Shown: piece after piece, positions 31,707 to 41,933 of the stretch | Layout: each line of letters opens with the position of its first letter | Numbering within the stretch: the stretch's first letter is position 1 | DNA from: Wickerhamiella versatilis | Lineage: Eukaryota | Assembly: GCA_030867685.1 (NCBI GenBank) | Contig: JAQOWU010000007.1 | Location: 2,170,001-2,234,000, forward strand | Direction of reading: 5' to 3' | DNA: 64,000 nucleotides | The notes under the pieces: generated by a model | What the model was told of the DNA's origin: nothing | The model's input: the letters and a program-made list of their open reading frames with translations, nothing else | Database searches by the model: none | Position numbers and translations under genes: made by a program

Positions 31707-32141
31707 TTAATTTGGCGACTGCGATCCCTCAACATAGCTCTCCTCTGGTGCTTCCTCCTCATACTCTGGTTCCATCTGCTCAGGATGGGGGTCGACAAGT
31801 TCACCCTCTTCTTCCTCGAGGCCTGCCGCGTCCCGAGCCTCTTTGACCTGTTGAAAAGGAACAGTTTCTGGCACGAGTTCTCGAAGAAATCCCAGCTCCT
31901 CATTGTTTGCAATTGCCCTTGCGAAGTCATTGTAAGTTAGCCGGGCGCGACCATTTGCTCGTGCGTTGAGAAGGGCCTGCTCAGCGACGTGACCAACAAA
32001 TAGCTGAACCGCGCCTGCCACGTTGAACACGGCTGTGTTGTTTACGGCCATAATATCAGGGTCTTGCTTGATTATCCGCTTGATACGGGCAACGGGGATC
32101 CGGACTGGTTCGCCAACAGGCGTTTGGGTTTGGCTGCTCAT
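31707..32141 (-). CDS. DPB3: Histone-fold protein, DNA polymerase epsilon subunit Dpb3/Dls1-like
   Basis: IPVARIKRIIKQDPD...LTYNDFARAI...LGFLRELVP H2A-like fold with an acidic tail. Confidence 0.75.
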   Translation of the reverse strand: MSSQTQTPVGEPVRIPVARIKRIIKQDPDIMAVNNTAVFNVAGAVQLFVGHVAEQALLNARANGRARLTYNDFARAIANNEELGFLRELVPETVPFQQVKEARDAAGLEEEEGELVDPHPEQMEPEYEEEAPEESYVEGSQSPN

Positions 32142-32210
32142 CACGGGTTGGAATCACCACGACTGCACGGACCACTGGTTATTAATAAGTAATTCATTCA
32201 TATCCACGAG

Positions 32211-32957
32211 ATGGACCAGTTCATTAGCAACGCGGTTAGTGCGTTTAAAGAGGCTGAATATAACGAGCTTTATGGTGTGTATTTTCCTGAGTCGCTGGAT
32301 GAATGGACTTTAAAGCATCGTCGGATTTTGCAGAAGTTTGTCGACGCGAAGCCAGACTCTCTGGAACAGGCAAAAGAGCAATTAGTTGCAACTTTGAGAT
32401 GGCGCAAGGGGTTTCAGCCTTTGAAGGCAGCTTTTGAAGAAAAACATGACCCTAAATTCGAGCCATTTGGTATTGTCCTTCGCAACCCTGAGACTGGTAT
32501 GATCATAACCTGTAATATTTATGGCGCGATTAAGAACCCTCAGGAAATTTTCAAGGATATTGACGCCTTCATACGGTGGCGTGTGGGTCTGATGGAACGT
32601 GCTATTGCAAAAGTCGACCTGGAAAGTGAGGATTTGAGCTATATGGATCAGGTGCACGACTACCTGAACGTGAGTTTCCTCCGCATGGACTCTAACATCC
32701 GTTCAGCTGCAAGGGAGGTGACCCATATTTTCCAGCAATACTATCCTGAATTTCTTCATGTGAAATATTTCTGCAACATTCCCCTAGTAATGATGTGGGT
32801 GTTCAAGGCCGTGCGCTATTGGCAGGATGAGAAAACCGCCGCGAAGTTCAAGGTTCTTCGTAATGGCAACGAGCTTGCCAGTGAGCTTGGAGACTGGCTT
32901 CCTAATGAATATGGTGGCAAAGGTAAGCCCCTAAGCGAGCAGGCTCTAAATGTATGA
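32211..32957 (+). CDS. SFH5: Phosphatidylinositol transfer protein Sfh5 (CRAL-TRIO)
   Basis: YNELYG, FIRWRVGLME, QVHDYLNVSFLR, FQQYYPEFL..KYF.NIP, LPNEYGG. Confidence 0.9.
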   Translation: MDQFISNAVSAFKEAEYNELYGVYFPESLDEWTLKHRRILQKFVDAKPDSLEQAKEQLVATLRWRKGFQPLKAAFEEKHDPKFEPFGIVLRNPETGMIITCNIYGAIKNPQEIFKDIDAFIRWRVGLMERAIAKVDLESEDLSYMDQVHDYLNVSFLRMDSNIRSAAREVTHIFQQYYPEFLHVKYFCNIPLVMMWVFKAVRYWQDEKTAAKFKVLRNGNELASELGDWLPNEYGGKGKPLSEQALNV

Positions 32958-33094
32958 TGAGGCACGATCCGAAAACTAAATTTAGTTTTGCGACGATGTC
33001 ATGAGCCCATGACTTTATGACCAGCTCTACTACCAAATGGAGTTCAGTTAAAATAACATACACCTATGTAATCTTAGAGTTATACCGCGTGAAC

Positions 33095-33970
33095 CTAGGG
33101 CCAGCGGGTAGGATCCCAGCCTGGTTGGGCCATGAAGTATCCGTTAGGATCACCTAGGGATTCATAGTCCTCTGGAGAAAGCTCGAAATCGAAAATGTCT
33201 AGGTTGTTCGCCATGCGCTCGGGGTGGGTTGTCTTAGGGACAGCAACAACGCCGTGTTGCACCAGCCACCGCAGCAGGATCTGGGCTGGTTCCTTGTGGT
33301 ACTTCTTCGCCAAATTATCCAGGCCGCTATCACCCAATTTTTCTCCCATGGTAAGTGGGCTATAACCCTCGACGATTATGCCCTTTTCGTGACAGAATGG
33401 TACAATGTCCTTCGAATGACGCTTCCAGGGGTTCACCTCGATTTGGTTCACTACAGGCTTGTATTTTAGTCCTGACCACTCATGTAGCTCCTGAATGTGT
33501 CGGATACCCCAATTCGATACTCCAATCGACCTAATGAGTCCTGCATCAACTGCCTCCTGCAATGCTCGCCACGTTTCCAGACGGGTTTGCTTGCCACCGT
33601 TGCCAGATGAATGCATCAGGTAGAGGTCGATACGGCCACCAATGCTCGCGGTTTTTGATGCGCTCAATTTGATCTGGCGCCAGGCAGCATCGTAGCCAAA
33701 ATCAGAGTCCCAGATTTTCGAAGTGTAAGTGATTTCGTCACGCTTCACCTCTGGGTGAGCCTTAAGATAAGCGGCTATACCTTCACAGGTCTCAAGCTCA
33801 TTGCCATATAGCTCGGCAGTATCCACAAGCCGGTACCCTGTTTCCAGTGCTGTCTCAACACATGCGGCTGTCTTAGAATTAGGGATAGCGTAGACGCCAA
33901 AACCAAGCGCAGGGATCTTAAAACCATCCAATAATGGTAGCAACGGAGCCTTCATGACTGACCTTGCCAT
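33095..33970 (-). CDS. Aldo-keto reductase
   Basis: IPALGFGVY, GYRLVDTAELYGNE, SKIW, DLYLMHS, RSIGVSNW, PVVNQIEVNPW, VPKT. Confidence 0.95.
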   Translation of the reverse strand: MARSVMKAPLLPLLDGFKIPALGFGVYAIPNSKTAACVETALETGYRLVDTAELYGNELETCEGIAAYLKAHPEVKRDEITYTSKIWDSDFGYDAAWRQIKLSASKTASIGGRIDLYLMHSSGNGGKQTRLETWRALQEAVDAGLIRSIGVSNWGIRHIQELHEWSGLKYKPVVNQIEVNPWKRHSKDIVPFCHEKGIIVEGYSPLTMGEKLGDSGLDNLAKKYHKEPAQILLRWLVQHGVVAVPKTTHPERMANNLDIFDFELSPEDYESLGDPNGYFMAQPGWDPTRWP

Positions 33971-34079
33971 TCTCAATAGATATGTTAGATCTTTACTACG
34001 ACACTTCGAGATCACTATTATATACGATTCTAGATCACAACCCTACTGGATGCATCTGACCTAGCCCTACTTTTGCGGT

Positions 34080-35483
34080 CTACACCCATAGCTCACGCCA
34101 TAAAAACGGTAAGAAGACAACGGTCGCTGTCCACAGGGTTGTAAATGCCTGCACTAATGCGATAGGGAAGCCGACCAATCCCTTGTCCATGAAATTGAGG
34201 TAGATAGAGTAGAAAGCCACGCTGAAGAAATGGTAGAAAAGTACACTAGGCCTCGCTGTAAGACCACTGAGTAAAGAAACCGGGCCATTTACGCACTCAC
34301 CTCCACGAAGGAAGTACTTGAAGCATCCTCGCTGGAGGATTTCAAGCTCGGGGGACTGCGCGGCAAATAAGCTATAAAGTGCAACAGATAGCACGTTCAC
34401 CACGGCAGAGGACTGCTTGCGCTCTCTCCTAAAGTTCTGGAGAATTGATTTCACCGCGGGGAAGCTATTCCAGTCCACCTCTGAGGGGCCAAGCGCCGAT
34501 GATAACAAAACCGCGTCGGCAAACCCAACGGTCATTCCTCCACCAGTCAGGGGGTGTCGCATATTCAGAGCGTCACCGACAATAACCAGGCCAGGAACGT
34601 CATACTTCACCGCAGGAAGATATTGGTTGGGCATACTCCGGATGCGCTGGGTCTCTAGGGCGTGTCGAAACGACGGCTTCATCCCCTCTGGAAGATAGGG
34701 CAAGCAATTCTCTGCTAGCCACCTCGCGAGACTGCCATCAGATGCCGAGGGAAGCGGCGCTGGCACATCGCAAAGACACCGAGCTTCATTAGAGCCTATT
34801 TCGTAGACAAGGATAGGCTGGTGCTGCGGGCCAATAATCACATGGCCATGGTTCGGTGCCACAAGTTGCGGGTGGTGCAGGATAAGACCAACAAAATATG
34901 ACTTGACCTCTGGTTTCGTGGCATTGAAATTTTTGCGAAACTTAGAGCTCGTGCCATCACATATCGCTACAAGCGGTGCACGGAAGTCCTCATACTTTTC
35001 TGACGCAAATTTGGCACGAACACCAACCACTGCATCACCATCCATTAGAATGTCGGTCACGGTAGCCTGGAGGAAATCTATACCTTGAGTCTCAGCAGTA
35101 ATTCTGCGCAAATTCTGCACGAAACGACCGTGGTGAAATGCACGACCTTGAGCCAGTTTAGAGGAGTCTTTCGGCTTTGGGTACGGTATGTCTACGCCAT
35201 TACCATTGTAGATAACCTCATAACCGTATATAGGGGCAGCATCAATGCCTTCAAGGGCCTTTTCCATCCCAATGGCTTTTAGTGACTCGATACCGCCTGG
35301 TTGGAGCAGTTCTCCCACAATACGGTCCGGCTCACTCAGGTCGCGCTCCAAGACCAATACTTTTCGTCCATAGCGTGCGAGCCCTTTCGCAAATGCTGGA
35401 CCAACAACACCACCACCAACTACAATACAGTCGTACATATACGTCGCTTGGTCAGCTAGCGGTCCATGTCTAAAGTTATGCAT
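34080..35483 (-). CDS. ERG1: Squalene epoxidase
   Basis: VVGGGVVG, EPDRIVGELLQPGG, FHHGRF, GDALNMRHPLTGGGMTV. Start is uncertain (35483, 35438, or spliced). Confidence 0.96.
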   Translation of the reverse strand: MHNFRHGPLADQATYMYDCIVVGGGVVGPAFAKGLARYGRKVLVLERDLSEPDRIVGELLQPGGIESLKAIGMEKALEGIDAAPIYGYEVIYNGNGVDIPYPKPKDSSKLAQGRAFHHGRFVQNLRRITAETQGIDFLQATVTDILMDGDAVVGVRAKFASEKYEDFRAPLVAICDGTSSKFRKNFNATKPEVKSYFVGLILHHPQLVAPNHGHVIIGPQHQPILVYEIGSNEARCLCDVPAPLPSASDGSLARWLAENCLPYLPEGMKPSFRHALETQRIRSMPNQYLPAVKYDVPGLVIVGDALNMRHPLTGGGMTVGFADAVLLSSALGPSEVDWNSFPAVKSILQNFRRERKQSSAVVNVLSVALYSLFAAQSPELEILQRGCFKYFLRGGECVNGPVSLLSGLTARPSVLFYHFFSVAFYSIYLNFMDKGLVGFPIALVQAFTTLWTATVVFLPFLWRELWV

Positions 35484-35813
35484 GATAAATTTGTTAGCAT
35501 TTTACACCCTAAGTTGAAAACCTTAAGATATATTCGAGTTCTTCTATCTTTCAATGGAATTAATGTCGGCTTTGGAAATGGTGCCTTCACATGCTACGTA
35601 CCCAAACCCATAACGTCGACCCTGAATTTTCTCCCTAAGCCCTTGACATATATCGTTGGGGATGAAAAAAATAGAGGACAAGAAAGCTTGTCTTATAATA
35701 GATGGAAAGTGTAGCTCTATGATAAGGTGATATGCCACAATTCTATTTTTTAATAAAGCTTTATCTGGTGGATCAAGCCAGACCGGGCGACAGGCGATGT
35801 TGGACAAATCAAA

Positions 35814-35979
35814 GTAGGCTTGAACTATCGCTTCAATCGGATCAGCCCCAGGCCTGCGATTGATTCTTTCGCGTGAAATACTAGCACATTGGAATAGTTG
35901 AAGTACCCACGTACTAAATTGATTTGTATTGGTGTCGAGTTTGTCACTGATATGATTGCAAATTAAGACTCACTAACAG
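35814..35979 (+). ncRNA. Candidate spliceosomal intron containing an H/ACA-like two-hairpin RNA
   Basis: GTAGGC at 35814 and CACTAAC-AG at 35971-35979. Stem TCAATCG/CGATTGA, H box ATACTA at 35878, second hairpin AGTAC/GTACT. No canonical ACA. Confidence 0.4.
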
Positions 35980-36150
35980 GAAGGACCATGCTTTCATTGC
36001 AAATGCCCAAAATTGGGTTTTAATGAATTCTAAGATAAAATCTAGATCAACTCGACCGTACTCACGAGGCTAGGATCTGCAATTTCCCATATTCCATGAA
36101 GTGGTTGCTGACGGTGGCAAGAGCACACCTTATACCTTAGTCATTCCACC

Positions 36151-39100
36151 ATGGCAAGCCAGATGGAGGTCGAGCCTCAAGGCGCGATAGATGAAAGTCT
36201 TTATTCGCGACAGCTTTACGTTCTAGGAAAGGAGGCTATGCAAAAGATGGCCCAATCTGATGTGCTGATCGCTGGCATAGGCGGTGTCGGTGTTGAAATT
36301 GCCAAGAATGTTGCTCTCGCAGGAGTGAAAAGTCTCACAATTTGGGACCCAAAGCCAGTGGAAATTGGCGATTTGGGTGCTCAGTTCTACCTTACTCCAG
36401 AAGATATTGGTAAGACTCGTGCAGAGGCGAGTGTCAAGCAGCTCTCGGAACTCAATCGGTATGTGCCTGTGAGAGCAGTCACAGGAGAGTTGACAGAGAT
36501 CGTTAAAAACTACAAGGTGGTTGTACTCAGTGAGGCTACCACAGAAGAGGCGCTGAAGGTTAATCAGGCTAGCCGCGCAGCCGGCACCTTATTTATTTGG
36601 GTGCAAACTCATGGCTTGGTGGGCATGCTGTTCAACGACTTCGGGGAAAAGTTCACAGTCACAGATACAAACGGTGAGGAACCCGTCACTGGTAGTGTTG
36701 CCCAAATTGAGAGCACTGGTGAAGTCTATGCACCGGATAGCGCACGCCATGGCCTAGAGGATGGCATGCTCATTCAGCTGCGTAATGTCGAGCCATCCGC
36801 TTATAATGGTGTTTATCGTGTGAAGGTATCTGGGCCTTTGGCATTTAATATCGACTTACCAGAAGGTGTCCCGCCATATCTCAAGGGCGGTGACTGGAAT
36901 CAACTAAAGGAACCTCAAACCGTGACTTTCGAATCATTGACTGAACAGTTGGCGCACCCAGAGCTATTTCTAACTGACTTCGCAAAGTTTGAGCGCCCTG
37001 CTCAGCTTCACATTACCTTTTTGGCTTTGTTAGGATTTGTCCAGAAGAAGGGCGCGTTGCCTGCGCCATATAATGATAGCGACGCCCAGGAGGTTTTGCA
37101 GCTGGCGAAAAACGTGCATGCGCAATATCCAGATGCAGGCCAAATTGACGAGAAATTGATACCTCTCGTGGCCAAACAGGCTGCGGGTGATATCGCACCC
37201 ATAAATGGCGTGCTTGGAGGTATGGCGGCTCAAGAGGTCTTGAAGGCAGTCTCAGGCAAGTTCATGCCTTTCAAGCAGTTTGTGTACTATGATGCCCTTG
37301 AGAGCCTGCCTACTGGTGTAACAGCTGAAGACGCAAAGCCCCTGGGGACTCGTTATGATAAGCTCTATGCAACATTGGGAAGAAGTTTCTGCGACAAACT
37401 CGCCAGCTTGAACGTATTTTTGGTTGGTGCTGGTGCTATTGGCTGTGAAGTATTGAAGAACTGGGCAATGCTTGGCCTTGGATCTAAGGGCCATATTACT
37501 GTGACCGATAATGACAGCATTGAGAAATCGAATCTAAATCGTCAGTTCCTATTCCGGCCTAAGGATGTTGGGCAGCCGAAATCTACAACTGCAGCAAAGG
37601 CGGTGGCAGAAATGAACCCCGACTTGAAGGACTCATTCACTACTTTGACTGATAAGGTCGGGCCCGATACTCAGCACCTCTTCACCGAAGAATTCTGGGA
37701 AAGCCTCGATTTGGTAACAAATGCTCTTGACAACGTCGAGGCACGTACTTATGTGGACCGTCGTTGTGTACTTTTCCGCAAACCGCTGATCGAATCAGGA
37801 ACACTTGGAACAAAAGGAAACGTGCAGGTGGTTGTGCCGGACCTTACCGAGTCCTACTCGAGTTCACATGATCCTCCGGAGAAGGGAATTCCGCTTTGTA
37901 CGTTGAGAAGTTTCCCGGCAAAGATTGATCACACAATCGCCTGGGCTAAAGCACAGTTCACTGAAATGTTTTCCGATGCACCCGCCTCAGTCAATCTGTA
38001 TCTAACACAGCCGAATTTTGTGGAACAAACGTTGAAGCAGAGCTCCAATGTAAAGCAGACGCTTGATACAATCTACGAGTATCTAGTCGAAGAAAGACCA
38101 TTGACTTTTGAAGAGTGTATTCACTGGGCTGTTGAGCAGTTTGTGAAATACTATCGTAATGACATCAAGCAACTTTTGTACAACTTCCCTCCTGATGCGA
38201 CAACGTCGAGCGGTGCACCGTTCTGGGCCCCGCCAAAACGATTGCCGACTCCTCTGGAGTTTGATCTGGAAAATCCATCTCATTTAGAGTATGTCAAGTC
38301 GGCAGCTAATCTTCATGCCTTTAATTATGGACTGAAAGGTGATGGTCGCACGGAAACATTTGTCGAAGCCCTGCGCGACTATAAACCTCGTGAATTCACA
38401 CCCGCCTCGAATATTCATATCCGAGCAAGTGATGATGAACCTGAGGACCCAGCCAGTCTGGAGCAAGACGAACTAACCAAGGTAGCTTCGAAGCTTCCCC
38501 CGCCGTCGTCCCTTGCCGGTTTCCGGGTACACCCTGCAGACTTCGAGAAAGACGACGATTCGAATTATCACATTGATTTCATAAATGCGGCTTCAAATCT
38601 CCGTGCCATGAATTATGGCATTGAGCCTGTAGAGCGAAGCCGCACCAAGTTTATTGCTGGAAGGATTATTCCAGCCATTGCCACAACCACCGCTCTTGTC
38701 ACAGGACTGGGTACTCTAGAAGCACTCAAGGTCATAGAGGGACGTAAGCTGGAGGACTATAAGAATGGTTTTATCAATCTCGCATTACCATTCTTCGGAT
38801 TCAGTGAGCCACTTCCATCCACGAAGATCACTTATAATGGTGATAGGTCTATTGATAAGGTCTGGGGTCGTTTCTACATTGGTGAAGACGTTACACTCCA
38901 GGGCCTCATCGATTGGTTCGCTGAGAACCATGGCCTGGAGGTCTCTATGATAGCTTGTGAAAGCCTTTTGCTTTATGCATCTTTCTTCCCACCAAAGAAA
39001 CTCCAGGATCGGTTGTCTCTCCCGATGTCGAAACTGATAGAGACAGTCTCAGGCAAACCTGTACCTCAGGACGAGTCAGTGGTACTGCTGGAGGTTTGTG

Positions 39101-39162
39101 CTGATGATAATGAGGGTGAGGATGTCGAGGATCTACCGTTCGTTCAAGTCAAGGTTCATTGA
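36151..39162 (+). CDS. UBA1: Ubiquitin-activating enzyme E1
   Basis: IDESLYSRQLYVLG, GAGAIGCE, SNLNRQFLFR, catalytic PLCTL, FEKDDD, IIPAIATTT. Confidence 0.98.
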   Translation: MASQMEVEPQGAIDESLYSRQLYVLGKEAMQKMAQSDVLIAGIGGVGVEIAKNVALAGVKSLTIWDPKPVEIGDLGAQFYLTPEDIGKTRAEASVKQLSELNRYVPVRAVTGELTEIVKNYKVVVLSEATTEEALKVNQASRAAGTLFIWVQTHGLVGMLFNDFGEKFTVTDTNGEEPVTGSVAQIESTGEVYAPDSARHGLEDGMLIQLRNVEPSAYNGVYRVKVSGPLAFNIDLPEGVPPYLKGGDWNQLKEPQTVTFESLTEQLAHPELFLTDFAKFERPAQLHITFLALLGFVQKKGALPAPYNDSDAQEVLQLAKNVHAQYPDAGQIDEKLIPLVAKQAAGDIAPINGVLGGMAAQEVLKAVSGKFMPFKQFVYYDALESLPTGVTAEDAKPLGTRYDKLYATLGRSFCDKLASLNVFLVGAGAIGCEVLKNWAMLGLGSKGHITVTDNDSIEKSNLNRQFLFRPKDVGQPKSTTAAKAVAEMNPDLKDSFTTLTDKVGPDTQHLFTEEFWESLDLVTNALDNVEARTYVDRRCVLFRKPLIESGTLGTKGNVQVVVPDLTESYSSSHDPPEKGIPLCTLRSFPAKIDHTIAWAKAQFTEMFSDAPASVNLYLTQPNFVEQTLKQSSNVKQTLDTIYEYLVEERPLTFEECIHWAVEQFVKYYRNDIKQLLYNFPPDATTSSGAPFWAPPKRLPTPLEFDLENPSHLEYVKSAANLHAFNYGLKGDGRTETFVEALRDYKPREFTPASNIHIRASDDEPEDPASLEQDELTKVASKLPPPSSLAGFRVHPADFEKDDDSNYHIDFINAASNLRAMNYGIEPVERSRTKFIAGRIIPAIATTTALVTGLGTLEALKVIEGRKLEDYKNGFINLALPFFGFSEPLPSTKITYNGDRSIDKVWGRFYIGEDVTLQGLIDWFAENHGLEVSMIACESLLLYASFFPPKKLQDRLSLPMSKLIETVSGKPVPQDESVVLLEVCADDNEGEDVEDLPFVQVKVH

Positions 39163-39247
39163 GGCTTTAGATATGCGTAAATAGCTTTATATGTTAGAGT
39201 ATTGACGAATTCAAGCAATCTATATACCAATACTGTATTAAATAGTT

Positions 39248-39874
39248 CTAAACCCGGCGGTAGCGAGTATTAAAGCTGGCCCTACTGGGCACTACGAGGC
39301 TTAATATCCCACGCAGATCCTGCTGCGCGGTTTCAAGTTCTGCTGTCGCAACCTCGATCGCAGGTAAGTCTGTAACACTGGTGACGTCAAAGAAGGCTTT
39401 CACGACCCACTGTCCTGATTCATCAAGGAGATTGTCTGTTTCATCATCGTACAGTCTGAAAAGGTGAAATGTGACGCCACGTTTGCTCACAAATTCGAGC
39501 CCTCGAATTTTAAACTTAGATGTGAAAGAATATCCAATGTCATTCAGGAAAATTTTCAAATCGCCCTGCACAAGCTTTGTTCGCAAAACAGACTGAGATA
39601 TGACCTTTAGAGTGCGGCCTGTTTCCGGAACTTCCTGAACCTCCAGAACCCAAGGATCATTTTCGGCAGACCGTATGGAAAAAATACGATATTGCTCAAT
39701 TTGATTTACCTGGCCATGTCCGGTGTGTGGATGAAACTCATTAGTGGGCTCCCAAATACAGATTTCATGCGTAAACTCACGTGGACCCATTCCTGTGACG
39801 GCTTCTAACGTTTCCAAGGCGATGGATTGCTCTGATACCGAGAGAGAAGCCCATAATGAAAGCTGTTGAACCAT
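39248..39874 (-). CDS. SRB5: Mediator subunit Med18/Srb5
   Basis: MVQQLSL start, L.AVTGM, NQIEQYRI, D.SGQWVVKAF, P.RASFNTR. Confidence 0.85.
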   Translation of the reverse strand: MVQQLSLWASLSVSEQSIALETLEAVTGMGPREFTHEICIWEPTNEFHPHTGHGQVNQIEQYRIFSIRSAENDPWVLEVQEVPETGRTLKVISQSVLRTKLVQGDLKIFLNDIGYSFTSKFKIRGLEFVSKRGVTFHLFRLYDDETDNLLDESGQWVVKAFFDVTSVTDLPAIEVATAELETAQQDLRGILSLVVPSRASFNTRYRRV

Positions 39875-39933
39875 ACCCACACAGTGGGGCCAAAACTTAG
39901 TAAGATTATACTGGGCATTGGCCGTAACGTCCG

Positions 39934-41910
39934 ATGATCGAGCAATTCAAGCTCTCAAGCGCGTCTGCGCTATTGCCTGATCTTAACGGAAAAAGCCTTG
40001 CACGTCGGAAGCAGGCTCTACGTACTGTGATTGCTAATATGACTGTCAATAATCTTGAGATGCTATCGCTTTTCCCAAGTATCATCTCTTGCATTTCGTC
40101 GAACGATACCGAGATTAAAAGGATGTGTTTTCTCTATATAGAGACATATGCCAAGGCTAGGCCCAGCCTCGCCAAAGAAGCGCTGAGCTCGCTAGTTGTT
40201 GAGTTCCGTCATCCAAGCCCGGCAGTTCGAGCTATGGCGTGTCGCACCTTAAGTTCTGTACAGGCTCCGGAATACGTTCAGGAATGCATCGCAGCAGCTC
40301 CCAAGCTTCTTAGTGACTCTGATCCTCAGGTCCGCAAAAGTGCTAGTTATGCTGTGGCTAAACTATGGGTGCACGACCAAGCTGCTGTAGAGGCTGCTGG
40401 GTTATTGAGACTTCTCAATCGGTTACTTGCGGATACTATTCCCATGGTTGTTTCTAGTGCCGTACAAGCTCTAATGGAGATTACTTCGCACACCTATAAT
40501 ATGGAACTTGTCATTGACTTTTCGACCGCACTTGCATTGGCTGCAATGCTGCCTCAGTGTACTGAGTGGGCTCAGTCGACTAACCTATCTGCTTTGACAT
40601 ATTTCGTACCAAATAGCTCCGAGGAAGCTACGCAAGTTGCGAAACTTGTCAGACCACGTCTTCAACACATAAACTCCAGCGTTGTGCTTGGAACTGTGAA
40701 AGTGCTACTATACTTAAAAAACTACGGCGCGCCAGTTGACTTGAAAGATCTGACAGAACCTCTTATCTCGCAGTTGAGCCGTCAGCCAGAGATAGCATAT
40801 GTCGTTCTACGATCGCTAATGACAATCTTATCTGCTCATCACATACCTTTGGACCCACGAACGTTTATATACCAGGAGGGAGACCCAATATTTATCAAAA
40901 CAGCAAAGTTGGACAACCTCGTTTTATTAGCATCGCCAAAAAATTCCCAGCTGGTGCTTCGCGAGCTGTTTGAATTCACGCGGGCCCGTGGCGAGGTAGG
41001 TCATCGTGCAGTATCTGCTCTTGGAAAAGTAGGAATCAGAGTCAGCAGCGCGGCACCACAAGTTCTTGATCAAGTTTTATGGCTGCTAAAATCTTCTAAT
41101 GATGAGTTGGTGCAGGGAGCGGTGGCCGTTGTACGTGATATGGCCCGTCGGTACCCCTCAATGGCATTCGACGAGCAGCTAGAAGCAATATCGCGTGTTT
41201 ATCAATTGATAACCCAAAATAAAGAGGCTTACTCTGCGTTGCTTTGGCTTGTAGGGCACTTTCCCGGTAAAATGGGATGTTCACTGGATGCTTTGAGAGA
41301 GTTTAGTGAAAATTTCGATAAGTTGCCACTCGAAGTGCAATTGCCAGGCCTAACAAGCTCAGTGAAGGTATTCCTTTTAAATCCTAATGCCGCCAAAGAA
41401 ATTACTCCAGAACTACTCCGAAAAGTCTCCGAAACGGCCGAAAACCCTGATCTTCGCGATAGAGCTATTATGTACTGGCGTTTGCTGGCTCAAAACGCTC
41501 AGGAGACCTTGAGCGTCATATCAGCCCCTTTGAGGCCTATAGATCCCAACACAGGTATGCTAGATGATGAACTACTCGAGGAACTGGAGCTCGATCTTGG
41601 ATATCTGTCAAGTATTTATTTGAAGCCTGCGCAACGCGTATTCAGGCTGGAGAAAGCTCGGTCATTAAAAAATTCGCCTGCACTCATCCCAAGAGACAGG
41701 TCGAATCGCATACTGGGAAATCCAGAAAGCGACGGCGAGACAAAGCCTCTAGCTAGGCGGGAGCCCCCGCCTAAACCACCTTCAAGACCTCTACAACGAA
41801 TGGATTCACTGATGGGTGATCATCGGCCTCGAAATCAGTCTACTATTCAGCTTAATTCAATAAGTGAATCTGCAGCACCCGATGAGAATGCCCGATTAAT
41901 TGACATTTAA
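39934..41910 (+). CDS. APL1: AP complex beta-adaptin, AP-2 (Apl1) type
   Basis: VIANMTVNNLEMLSLFP, IKRMCFLY, PRLQHINSSVVL, NPDLRDRAIMYWRLL, LSSIYLKP. Confidence 0.8.
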   Translation: MIEQFKLSSASALLPDLNGKSLARRKQALRTVIANMTVNNLEMLSLFPSIISCISSNDTEIKRMCFLYIETYAKARPSLAKEALSSLVVEFRHPSPAVRAMACRTLSSVQAPEYVQECIAAAPKLLSDSDPQVRKSASYAVAKLWVHDQAAVEAAGLLRLLNRLLADTIPMVVSSAVQALMEITSHTYNMELVIDFSTALALAAMLPQCTEWAQSTNLSALTYFVPNSSEEATQVAKLVRPRLQHINSSVVLGTVKVLLYLKNYGAPVDLKDLTEPLISQLSRQPEIAYVVLRSLMTILSAHHIPLDPRTFIYQEGDPIFIKTAKLDNLVLLASPKNSQLVLRELFEFTRARGEVGHRAVSALGKVGIRVSSAAPQVLDQVLWLLKSSNDELVQGAVAVVRDMARRYPSMAFDEQLEAISRVYQLITQNKEAYSALLWLVGHFPGKMGCSLDALREFSENFDKLPLEVQLPGLTSSVKVFLLNPNAAKEITPELLRKVSETAENPDLRDRAIMYWRLLAQNAQETLSVISAPLRPIDPNTGMLDDELLEELELDLGYLSSIYLKPAQRVFRLEKARSLKNSPALIPRDRSNRILGNPESDGETKPLARREPPPKPPSRPLQRMDSLMGDHRPRNQSTIQLNSISESAAPDENARLIDI

Positions 41911-41933
41911 GCTAGAAAAAAAAAGGTAAATAT

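Noticed and set aside
30305-31930. Antisense or overlapping ORFs over GUT1, CBP4 and DPB3
   Set aside because: They overlap well-supported genes and show no domain-like features.
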